Assembly: GCA_002269645.1 (NCBI GenBank)
Contig: NIVC01003311.1
Location: forward strand, 40,535-104,534
Length of the DNA: 64,000 nt
Direction: 5' to 3'
Source of the DNA: Macrostomum lignano
Lineage: Eukaryota
Numbering within the stretch: the stretch's first letter is position 1; each line of letters opens with the position of its first letter. Under the pieces are notes generated by a model that was given only the letters and a program-made list of their open reading frames with translations, had not been told where the DNA came from and did no database searches. Below, one piece after another: positions 11,563 to 23,650 of the stretch. The position numbers and the translations under genes are program-made.

Positions 11563-13959
11563 ATGGCCCTGCCGCCAATGAATCACTATCGACAGGGCAT
11601 GGGCCTCGGCATGAGCGGCGGAGGCGCCGGTGTCGGTATGGGCGGCGTCGGCAGCATCGGCGGTGGCATGGGCGGCACCCTCGGCCGTAAGCGAGTCCAA
11701 GTCAGCTACGTGATTCGCGATGAAATTGAAAAGTACAATCGATTCGGCGTGAACTCGTTGCAGTTCGACCCCGTACAGAACCGCCTGTTCACAGCCGGTC
11801 GGGATAGCATAATTCGGATCTATAATACCGCCAATCCCGATGAGCCTTACCTGCAGTCTATGGAGCATCACACAGACTGGGTTAATGACATTGTACTCTG
11901 TTGCAGTAGAAAAAATCTCATCAGCTGTTCCTCCGATACTACAGTGAAAGTTTGGAATAGTTCCAGAGGCTTCTGCATGTCAACATTGCGCACGCACAAA
12001 GACTACGTGCGAGCGCTTGCTTATGCTAAGCACAAAGAGTTAGTAGCTTCAGCCGGACTGGATAAAGCAATCTACATTTGGGATGTGAATGTTTTAACAG
12101 CATTAACTGCCAGTAATAACACTGTTACTACTAGTAGTCTAGCTGGTAATAAAGACAGTATTTACAGTCTGGCAATGAACCATAGCGCCACAATGATTGT
12201 GTCAGGTAGTACAGAGAATGTCTTGCGAATCTGGGATCCCAGATCCTGTCAGAAGCAGTGCAAACTTCGCGGTCACACTGACAATGTTCGCGCGATTGTA
12301 ATTAGCAATGACGGCTCTAGGATATTGAGCGGCTCCTCTGACGGCACTATTAAGCTGTGGTCTGTGGGGGAGCAGCGCTGTATATGGACCTTTTATGGCC
12401 ATACTGCAGGCGTCTGGACTTTGCAGGCCAACGAAGCCTTCAATACGTTGTACTCTTCGGGCAAGGATGCTCAAGTCTTGGCTTGGGATCTCGTCGATAA
12501 TCAGAAGCCCTGCCGGCTAATCTGTCAGGAGGACTGTCCGGTGCTGAAGGTGCTGCTAGTTGAAGAGGCTCAACAGCCGCATTTGTGGATATCAACAACT
12601 AATACCAATGTGAAGCGCTGGCCATTGCCTTCATTACCGTTCCAGCATAGCCAGCACGTTTCTAACCGTCAGAATCAACATCCGGCTATGACGTCATCGA
12701 CTAATAACGCTTCCGGCAACGCTGTTGGTCAAACAACTGCCGCATTCTCAGATCTCACCAATTCTTCAGCCTCTGGCTCGGCATCTGCGTCCGCCTCTGC
12801 ATCCGCCGCCGCCTCTCCCGATGGCGACAAAACGCCGCCTTCACTTCCGCCTCCTCCTATGCCGCCGCCGCCTCCGCCTTTGCAGCAGCCGCAGCAGCCG
12901 CCTCTATCGCCAAAACCGAATTTCTGCATCACTGGCGGCAGCTGTATTCGTCAATATCATATTAGCAACGATAAACGCTTCCTTTTAACTAAAGATTCCA
13001 ACGATTGCGTTGCACTGTACGATGTAGTGCTAGTCCGCAAACTGCAGGACCTTCCTCCGGGTAGTTTTGATCAGCGAGTGGCCGATATGACAGCTAAGAG
13101 AGTCTTTGTACCCAGCTGGTTCTCCGTTGACTTGAAAACTGGCCTACCAATGATTCATCTGGAAGAGCAGGACTGCTTTAGCGCCTGGGTCAGTCAGAGA
13201 GACAGCGGCATAGCTGTTGACAGTCTGCCGAGAGAACCGCAAGTGGCTGGCGGGGTGGCACAACCAGATTCAAAGATCAACTACGGCGGTTTAGTACTAC
13301 AAGCCCTGTTTGAGCACTGGCCACCTACTCGAGTGCGCAAAGAGGACGGCGGATACACCAGGGCTAACATGTACTTCTCTGTGCCTCAGCACACGCCGGT
13401 AGTGCTAAGCGAGTCAACTGGGAGGACTCTGTTCCGACTGCTGGTTAGAGACAGCGGGGGTGAATCGGAGAACTCAATTCTCAACGAGACAGTGCCAGCA
13501 TGGATTACAGACATTCTAATCGAAAAGAATCTGCCAAAGTACATCAAAATCTCTTTCTATTTAAATCCATATCCGTCGTCTAGCGTGAAAAGTTTACGCA
13601 AAGATCGACTTAGTGCCAACGATATGCTGCAGATACGCAAAGTGGCGGAGCACGTTGTAGAGATGTGGCGCACTGAGAGCTTGCCACCAGGGGCGCCGCC
13701 GCCCCCGCTCCCCTATCATCAGCAGCAGCAGCAGCAGCCGCCTCCGCACTCCACGAATCAAGCAGCTTCATCTGATGCGGCTACAGGCGATCAGCAGCAG
13801 AAACCGGCTGAAGAATTAGTCGAAATTCTTATTAACGATACGGTCTTGGATCCTAATATGGACCTGAGAACAGCCAAGCATTTCTATTGGAAGAGTGGCG
13901 GCGATCTAGTTCTGTTCTTTCGGCGTAGGGACGATCGGAAACACGCTAACCGGAAGTGA
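11563..13959 (+). CDS. WDR48: WD repeat-containing protein 48 (USP1-associated factor 1), single exon, 798 aa
   Basis: [55 protein letters not shown] and [12 protein letters not shown]40 blades. Ancillary-domain motifs [21 protein letters not shown] and [16 protein letters not shown]-terminal SUMO-like domain [23 protein letters not shown]. Confidence 0.97.
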   Translation: MALPPMNHYRQGMGLGMSGGGAGVGMGGVGSIGGGMGGTLGRKRVQVSYVIRDEIEKYNRFGVNSLQFDPVQNRLFTAGRDSIIRIYNTANPDEPYLQSMEHHTDWVNDIVLCCSRKNLISCSSDTTVKVWNSSRGFCMSTLRTHKDYVRALAYAKHKELVASAGLDKAIYIWDVNVLTALTASNNTVTTSSLAGNKDSIYSLAMNHSATMIVSGSTENVLRIWDPRSCQKQCKLRGHTDNVRAIVISNDGSRILSGSSDGTIKLWSVGEQRCIWTFYGHTAGVWTLQANEAFNTLYSSGKDAQVLAWDLVDNQKPCRLICQEDCPVLKVLLVEEAQQPHLWISTTNTNVKRWPLPSLPFQHSQHVSNRQNQHPAMTSSTNNASGNAVGQTTAAFSDLTNSSASGSASASASASAAASPDGDKTPPSLPPPPMPPPPPPLQQPQQPPLSPKPNFCITGGSCIRQYHISNDKRFLLTKDSNDCVALYDVVLVRKLQDLPPGSFDQRVADMTAKRVFVPSWFSVDLKTGLPMIHLEEQDCFSAWVSQRDSGIAVDSLPREPQVAGGVAQPDSKINYGGLVLQALFEHWPPTRVRKEDGGYTRANMYFSVPQHTPVVLSESTGRTLFRLLVRDSGGESENSILNETVPAWITDILIEKNLPKYIKISFYLNPYPSSSVKSLRKDRLSANDMLQIRKVAEHVVEMWRTESLPPGAPPPPLPYHQQQQQQPPPHSTNQAASSDAATGDQQQKPAEELVEILINDTVLDPNMDLRTAKHFYWKSGGDLVLFFRRRDDRKHANRK

Positions 13960-13996
13960 AGAGCAAAGTAGATTATCTTAAACGCGTCTACGGTTC

Positions 13997-14002
13997 AATA
14001 AA
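13997..14002 (+). terminator. Putative polyadenylation signal for WDR48
   Basis: AATAAA 38 nt after the stop codon, followed by T-rich sequence. Confidence 0.45.
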
Positions 14003-14264
14003 TATAAATTTATAAATTGTTTCTTCAACTCAGCTATAGTCAAACTGTTTGAATCACTATGCGTTGTTTAGCTAAAAGGAATCAGACACAAACACTTATC
14101 ATTAAGCCTGTATTGTACGCGTCTATTTGTCATTTTTAATGCAAACGAACGTTATGACTTATAGTTAGCTTAGTTTCTACCTTATTGCCACATTTTCACT
14201 AGTTTTAATATATTCAATTATAATTTGCTAGCGCCTTGTTCAACATTAGGTGAACTGTATCTAA

Positions 14265-14525
14265 AGTAACTATGGTAATTTAAAGTATCTTCGGCTATTC
14301 TAAAGTGTCTAAGGGAAATTCTAAAGTGTCCATGGCAATTCTAAAGTGTCTATGGCAATTCTAAAGTGTCTATGGCAATTCTAAAGTGTCTATGGCAATT
14401 CTAAAGTGTCTATGGCAACTCTAAAGTGTCTATGGCAACTCTAAAGTGTCTATGGCAATTCTAAAGTGTCTATGGCAACTCTAAAGTGTCTATGGCAACT
14501 CTAAAGTGTCTATGGCAATTCTAAA
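14265..14525. repeat. 20-bp minisatellite, intergenic
   Basis: Unit CTAAAGTGTCTATGGCAA(T/C)T. Confidence 0.95.
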
Positions 14526-15445
14526 ACATCTAGAGTGCTTTTCAGTACTACTGGGGCGATTCTAAAGTACCCGAAGAGATATTTCACGATGCCTCATAAA
14601 TTAGTTTGTAATGCTACATGATAAAGTAACGAAGTGACTGATTTATTTCTTGAAACATTAATTTATTATATTTATATTGATTCTTATACTTAAAATAGCA
14701 CTTATTTTCATTTCATACAATTCAGTATATTATAGTTTATAATTTTTAAAAAAATCGTGTTTTTTTAATAAAGCATATAAAGCTGTGATGAATGCCTAAT
14801 ACAATAATTTATTTAATTCATTTCTTATAGCAAATTAACAAGTCCGCTCCGTCACGACTCTCGTGCATCATTCTGTTTTGTTTTTTAAGCTGCCAGAAAT
14901 GATTAGTTGAAAAAATTGGCCACTGTCAAAAAGTATTCATCTATTTCACCTGAATATAATAATTATTCAATTAACTACTACTGATTTCTATTACTATGAG
15001 TAGTCTCGTCTGTTTCCAAAGGCAACCTTATATCTTCCACACTTAATATGCTAATTTTATTGCTAGGCGAATTAATTCATCAGCTTATTAGTTTTTTCAT
15101 TAGCTATAAAATTTCAATGAAAATAATTATTATTTGTATGCATATATTTAATGATTAACTTCAACAGTTGTGCGCGATGCTTTGATATGAACTATTTTCA
15201 TTTTTACTTCCTGTTTCTCCTGTGTCCAGACTTGAACTGTAATTCAATATTTCAACAAGCCTGTAAACGTTATTATTATTCGCGTACAATATTGAAATTG
15301 TCTCTAAGTTTGCGTAATTTTTTTTGCTGCAAGACTCGAAATATAACTGACATTGCCATACACATTGACTGCATAGCCCAACACAAGCAGCTGTTTGATC
15401 TGCCTTTTTATGCATAACTGCTTAGTTTACTCCGTTTGCTTGATA

Positions 15446-16060
<615 letters not shown>

Positions 16061-16151
16061 CTTCTCCGCACACAGCTTTAATTGTCAAAGCCCAACTATC
16101 AGGCGTTATGTTTTTGACTTGAGCACCAACGCCACTGCTCAATCACCGTTG

Positions 16152-17754
16152 ATGTGGCCGCACCTTCTGTCGCGCGTCGGCCTTCCGTGCGCCGCTCTTG
16201 GCGCCGCTGCCGCAGCTCTGGTGTCGCAGTCGCACAGCTCGCCTTCTCCATCCCAGTCCGATGGTCGATCAGACTGCAGCTCGAATCGTTTCTGTAAGCC
16301 GCTGCTGGCTGGTGCAGCCTCCGCTGCCACTGCCGCACCTTTGACTGCGGCCGCTCCGATCTACATCAACCCGCTGCCCAGTGTTGACGCCTCTCCGGAC
16401 TCTCTGCATAGCAACCTGCGCTGCTGCGGCCCCGCTGTGCCGGTCAGCGGAGCCAAATGGAACCGGAACTGGGATGCTATGGAGGGCCAGGCTGGCAGTC
16501 AGGTGCGGCACATTGTGCTGATTAGGCACGGCAGGTACAGCCTGGCCAGCAGTCACCTGGACGATATGGGTAGGAAGCAGGTGAGTGGGATTTTAGGCTC
16601 CTAGTTGCTGGGCTACCGCCCTCCCAGATCCTCAATTGCTGGGCCAGCCTCCCAGATCTTCAGTTGCTGGGCCAGCCTCCCAGATCCTCAGTAGCTGGGC
16701 CAGCCTCCCAGATCCTCAATTGCTGGGCCAGCCTCCCAGATCCTCAGTTACTGGGCCAGCCTCCCAGATCCTCAGTTGCTGGGCCAGCCTCCCAGATCCT
16801 CAGTTGCTGGGCCAGCCTCCCAGATCCTCAGTTGCTGGGCCAGCCTCCCAGATCCCCAGTTGCAGGGCCAGCCTCCCAGATCCCCAGTTGCTGGGCCAGC
16901 CTCCCAGATCCTCAGTTGCTAGGCCAGCCTCCCAGATCCTCAGTTGCTAGGCCAGCCTCCCAGATCCCCAGTTGCTGAGCCAGCCTCCCAGATCCTCAGT
17001 TGCTGGGCCAGCCTCCCAGATCCCCAGTTGCTGGGCCACCCTCCCAGATCCTCAGTTGCTGGGCCAGCCTCCCAGATCCTCAGTTGCTGGGCCAGCCTCC
17101 CAGATCCTCAGTTGCTAGGCCAGCCTCCCAGATCCCCAGTTGCTGGGCCAGCCTCCCAGATCCCCAGTTGCCGAGGCGAGTTACGCGCACAGAATCCCAG
17201 ACTGACTGAGTGACTTTCTTTTTCAGGCCGACCTTCTCGGCATCCGCCTGGCCGAACTGCACGCCAAACACGGCATCGCTCGGCTGATGTCGTCAAATTC
17301 AACCCGAGCGGTGGAGACGTCGGAGCTGGCTATGCGGCACCTGCCCCACCTGAATGGCAAGCGCGCTGAGGACCCCATGCTGCGCGAGATCGGCTGCCCC
17401 TGCCCGCCAGAGCCGCCCATGAACAACTACAGAGCGGAGTACCGCTACCACGAAGGCTCTGCCTTGGCCGAGGCCGCCTTTCGTCGACATATTCATCGGT
17501 CAAGTCGAAGCGACGAAGCTCAAATAGTTGCCAACGGGGCCAAACTCGAAGTGATCGTTTGTCACGCCAACGTCATTCGATATTTCATCTGTCGAGCGTT
17601 GCAGTTCCCGCCGGAGGCCTGGCTTCGATTCTCATTGGATCATTGTTCGATTACTTGGCTGAGCATTTTCCCTAGCGGGGAGGTCTGCTTGAGATCATTT
17701 AGCGACTCCGGCTACTTGCCGAAGCGATGCGTCACCAGCATGAACGCTGACTGA
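16152..17754 (+). CDS. PGAM5: PGAM5-family mitochondrial Ser/Thr protein phosphatase, paralog A; exons 16152-16580 and 17227-17754 (318 aa)
   Basis: Hydrophobic N-terminus; WNRNWD (WDxNWD-like); LIRHG catalytic motif; TRAVET; LREIG; VCHANVIRYFICRALQFPPEAWLRFSL. Phase-0 intron CAG|GTGAGT...TTCAG|GCC. The start ATG is inferred. Confidence 0.92.
16598..17172. repeat. 28-bp minisatellite filling the PGAM5-A intron (~20 copies)
   Basis: Unit CAGTTGCTGGGCCAGCCTCCCAGATCC(T/C). Confidence 0.97.
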
Positions 17755-18339
17755 GATTTGACTGAGTGACTCTTGTGACTTTTTAACGTAATGCGACTGT
17801 TGAGTCACGTGAGTTGCAGAATCGTAAAACTAGTCGCAGAAAAAGTCATCATAGTTGCGAAATACGATTCTAATTCACAAGGTTAGCGCGGTGATTCTAC
17901 AACGCGACTTCAGCACGCCTCAGAAGCGCCCAGAGTCGTTTCAGTTTCAATTTGACCCTTAGGCGACTCTTTTGACGACTTTTTATATAGTCCTCAAAGA
18001 GTCCCTTCTTTCCTATTTCACCTGTGTTACCTGCAACGACTTTGGGACGCTTCTTGACCTAGGTACCGGTTCAATCGGGTCCGCATGGACAGGTGGAACG
18101 GGGAGTCAATTATAATTGGTCTATGTCTATGCAGTTTAACGTTCTTACATGTATGTTCTTTGTTGTTGTTTTTATAGTACGGCTTGTGCCATCGCGCTAA
18201 AAATAGTAATAATTTATAGCTATACTGTTCGCTTTTTGTTTCTTTAAATTTTTAAAAAGTTTTTGACTATTTGATGGGTAAAAACGATGGCTAACTGACT
18301 TCAAATATCCCTTTGTAGATCTTTTCCTATTGTTCAAAT

Positions 18340-19920
18340 ATCCCGTCTCAAAATCTCTTATAATGCTTAAAATCCCCCCCCTCAGAATTCTTCCATTTTT
18401 TATATATCCCTATCTCAGAATCTTCCTATAGTTAAAATATCCAGATCTCAGAATCTCCCAATTTTTTAAATATCCCCATCTCAGAATTTCCCCATTGCTG
18501 AAATATTCCAATTTTAGAATAGCCCTATAGTTAAAAATCCAGATCTCAGAATCTCCCCATTCTTAAAAATCCCAGTCTCAGACTCCACATTCTTAAGATA
18601 TCCCCATCTCAAAATCTCCCCATGGTTAAGATATCCCCTTCTCAGAATCTCCCCATTGTTTAAATACATCGTATCTCAGAATCTCCCAATTGTTGAAATA
18701 TCCCCATTTCAGAATCTCCCCATTGTTGAAATATCCCTATATCGGAATCTTCCCATCGTTAAAATATACCCATCTCAGAATCTCCCCATTGCTGAAATAT
18801 TCCAATTTTAGAATAGCCCTATAGTTAAAATATCCAGATCTCAGAATCTCCCCATTCCTAAAAAATCCAGTCTCAGACTCCACATTCTTAAGATATCCCC
18901 ATCTCAAAATCTCCCCATGGTTAAGATATCCCCTTCTCAGAATCTCCCCATTGTTTAAATACATCGTATCTCAGAATCTCCCAATTGTTGAAATATCCCC
19001 ATTTCAGAATCTCCCCATTGTTGAAATATCCCTATATCGGAATCTTCCCATCGTTAAAATATCCCCATCTCAGAATCTCCCCATTGCTGAAATATTCCAA
19101 TTTTAGAATAGCCCTATAGTTAAAATATCCAGATCTCAGAATCTCCCCATTCCTAAAAAATCCAGTCTCAGACTCCACATTCTTAAGATATCCCCATCTC
19201 AAAATCTCCCCATGGTTAAGATATCCCCTTCTCAGAATCTCCCCATTGTTTAAATACATCGTATCTCAGAATCTCCCAATTGTTGAAATATCCCCATTTC
19301 AGAATCTCCCCATTGTTGAAATATCCCTATATCGGAATCTTCCCATCGTTAAAATATTCCCATCTCAGAATTTCCCCATTGCTGAAATATTCCAATTTTA
19401 GAATAGCCCTATAGTTAAAATATCCAGATCTCAGAATCTCCCCATTCTTAAAAATCCCAGTCTCAGACTCCACATTCTTAAGATATCCCCATCTCAAAAT
19501 CTCCCCATGGTTAAGATATCCCCTTCTCAGAATCTCCCCATTGTTTAAATACATCGGATCTCAGAATCTCCCAATTGTTGAAATATCCCCATTTCAGAAT
19601 CTCCCCATTGTTGAAATATCCCTATATCGGAATCTTCCCATCGTTAAAATATTCCCATCTCAGAATTTCCCCATTGCTGAAATATTCCAATTTTAGAATA
19701 GCCCTATACCGGTAGTTAAAATATCCAGATCTCAGAATCTCCCCATTCCTAAAAAATCCAGTCTCAGACTCCACATTCTTAAGATATCCCCATCTCAAAA
19801 TCTCCCCATGGTTAAGATATCCCCTTCTCAGAATCTCCCAATTGTTGAAATATCCCCCATCTCAGAATCTCCCCATTGCTGAAATATCCCGATCTCAGAA
19901 TCTCCCCGTCTTAAAATATC
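18340..19920. repeat. 295-bp higher-order repeat built from ~33-bp subunits, between the PGAM5 paralogs
   Basis: Subunit TCAGAATCTCCCCATTGTTGAAATATCCCCATC; near-identical ORFs at 18737, 19032 and 19327 give a period of 295. Confidence 0.93.
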
Positions 19921-19996
19921 CCCCTCTCTCATACTCTTCCCATTCCTGAACTATCCCAGGTTCCTGGAAACTAACCAGCCAAATAAAATCGAATGC

Positions 19997-21683
19997 ATGT
20001 TGCCGAGTCGCCTGCTCGGCTTCGGCTTATCCTGCGCCGCTGTTGGCGCCGCTAGCGCCGCTCTGTACACCGAGTTGTCCTCGTCAGCGGCTTCGTCAGC
20101 GCCTGACAATAAACTGATGTCTGTCGCGGATCCCTCGGCACCAGCGGTCTACCTGCGCCCGGTGACCAGCGATCAGTTATTGAACAATCTTCGCTGCTGC
20201 GATCCAGTGCTACCCGGAACTAAATGGAACAATAATTGGGATAATAGACATTGGCGAACTACTGATAGTAGTAGTAGTAATAATAATAAAATCCGCAGTA
20301 TTATCCTGGTTAGGCACGGCAGGTTTCATCATTCCGATAGGCTGCTAGACGATCTGGGTAGACGCCAAGCTGAACAGCTGGGTAACCGCTTGGCCCAGCT
20401 GCACAGACGCTACGGTATTAGCAGGATTATTTCGTCTAGCGCGCCTAGAGCCGTGCAAACTGCGGAATTAGCTATGCGCTATCTGCCGAATAATTTGAAG
20501 AGACAAGAGTGCCACCTGTTGACTGAAGTTGGCTGGCCGTGTCCGCCTGAGCCGCCTGGGGCACATTTTGTGCCGGAGTTCTACTATCACGACAGGGCTG
20601 CCAGGGCTGAGGCAGCTTTCCGTCGGCATATTCATCGGGCTGATGACGATGCGGGAGAGTCCACCAATGAGCTGGAGGTCTGTGCTTGTGCTTGGATGAG
20701 GCTTATTTTTGCGTGGGGCTCGAGATGGGATCTTGCGGACAAGTCTTCATGGGATCTTGCGGACAAGTATCGATGGGATCTTGCGGACAAGTCTTGCTGG
20801 GATCTTGCGGACAAGTCTCAATGGGATCTTGCGGACAAGTCTTGATGGGATCTTGCGGACAAGTATCGATGGGATCTTGCGGACAAGTCTTGATGGGACC
20901 TTGCGGACAAGTATCGATGGGATCTTGCGGACAAGTCTTGATGGGATCTTGGGATAAGTATTGATGGGATCTTGCGGACAAGTCTCGATGGGATCTTGCG
21001 GACAAGTCTTGATGGGATCTTGCGGACAAGTCTTGATGGGATCTTGTGGGCACGTATCTATGGGATCTTGCGGACAAGTCCTGATGGGATCTTGCGGACA
21101 AGTCCTGATGGGATCTTGTGGACAAGTATCGATGGGATCTTGCGGACAAGTCTCAATGGGATCTTGCGGACAAGTCTCAATGGGATCTTGCGGACAAGTC
21201 TTGATGGGACCTTGCGGACAAGTATCGATGGGATCTTGCGGACAAGTCTTGATGGGATCTTGGGGATAAGTATTGATGGGATCTTGCGGACAAGTCTCGA
21301 TGGGATCTTGCGGACAAGTCTTGATGGAATCTTGCGGACAAGTCTCAATGGGATCTGGTGGACAAGTCTTTATTTATGGGATCTACAAGACAAGTCTTGA
21401 TGGGATCTTTTGGACACATTGCAACAGACGTAAAAGTGTACTGAAATAATCTTACAGCCAATTTAATCCTCAACTCAAGGTATTCGTCTGTCATCGCAAC
21501 ATCATACGCTACATGGTCTGTCGGGCTCTGCAGTTGCCGCCAGAAGCTTGGCTTCGCTTCTCGGTTGATCACTGCTCAATCACCTGGCTGGACCTGTACC
21601 CGGACGGCCGGGTCTGCCTGCGCTGCTTTGGCGACTCCGGACACGTGCCCGTTAGCCTGCTGTCTAAGGATAATGTGCGCTGA
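19997..21683 (+). CDS. PGAM5: PGAM5-family phosphatase, paralog B; exons 19997-20677 and 21480-21683 (294 aa)
   Basis: WNNNWD, LVRHG, PRAVQT, LTEVG and AEAAFRRHIHRA in exon 1. Exon 2 (absent from the ORF track) reads VFVCHRNIIRYMVCRALQLPPEAWLRFSVDHCSITWL...DSGHVP...VR*. Phase-0 intron GAG|GTCTGT...TCAAG|GTA. Confidence 0.9.
20720..21410. repeat. 24-bp minisatellite filling the PGAM5-B intron
   Basis: Unit GGGATCTTGCGGACAAGTCTTGAT. Confidence 0.97.
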
Positions 21684-21691
21684 TACTGCGC

Positions 21692-22395
<704 letters not shown>

Positions 22396-23650
22396 TATAT
22401 ATCTTTGCCTTAATTAATGTTAATTTGCTTGATTTTTTTTTCTCGTATGCATCTGTTCTCATAGTCTTTTTGTTTCTTCCTGACTGTCTTGGCGTCGATC
22501 TGTCTGTTTTTTTATTTTTCTACTGTCTCTGTGTCTGTAGCTGTTAGTTGTTCTGTCTGCTTGCTTCTGTCTGTCCACTTGCTCTATTTAAGCAACGAAA
22601 TGGCTTGTCAATCTCATTGTGTCAAACTGTGCCGTTTCATCTACCGCCATTCCAAATCAATTCTGATTTATGATGTTCTTCAAATTATTTTGTTTTATTC
22701 TCAAACTGCTATTCCTAATTTTGCTAGTTGCACTCATTTTTTAACTTTTTTCCGCACGTGTTACTTTATTTTTATTTTGCTACTTATGAGTAGTTGAGTA
22801 ACATTTTTAGCAATTTTTATTATATAAAGACTTCCAATTAGAGATCAATATTCACCTACTGCAACTGTGTAAACGGTTTATCGAAATCATGTTGATATGA
22901 AATCTCATTGTAGCCATAATTTATTATAAATATTTGTTTTGTTAAAATAATTTATTATAAAATATGTGAAAGAAATACTTATTAATTGGTGCTGATCAAA
23001 TCTTCGTAAAAAGCCTGTCATATACTGATATAATATTATAACTTAGCTTGTCTTGTTTGTAGACTGTTTGCTGTGTCTTAACTGACCAGAGTTATTCCAT
23101 TGATTTTTCTAAGTTTTCATGTCAAAGTTCATCTAATCGATCAATTTTTATTAAGAGGCTTTCTTATTGCGCCAAAACAGTTTTTTGTTATAATCAGGTT
23201 CCTTCCAGCTTGTCTGTGTCTGGACTGACAATGAATTCAATGCTCAGTTAAAAGTTATATTATTGAATTTAGATATACATATTGCATATACGATACGAGC
23301 TATATATTGATATATATTGTCAACTAAATTAATTTAGATTTTTATATTTTTATTATCCTTGATAGGATAGTAATCCAGTATTTCTTTTTGTTAAACAAAA
23401 ATTAAATTATAAATTCAATAGTAAAACTTGATTAGAAGTTAATAATATAGATAACAACTTTGAATTCCATCTTCGTTGAACTTTCACATTTGACCAATTC
23501 GCATGTCCTCTAGTTACGTGTTCGTTATTCGCTTTCTTTGTCTAGATTTCTCACCTAGAGTATTCCTACGCAGTTAATCATATAGTAAATTCCTTTCAAT
23601 TTATCCCCTATAAAACCTCCCCATTCACCAATTGACCTTCACGAGCTTGT

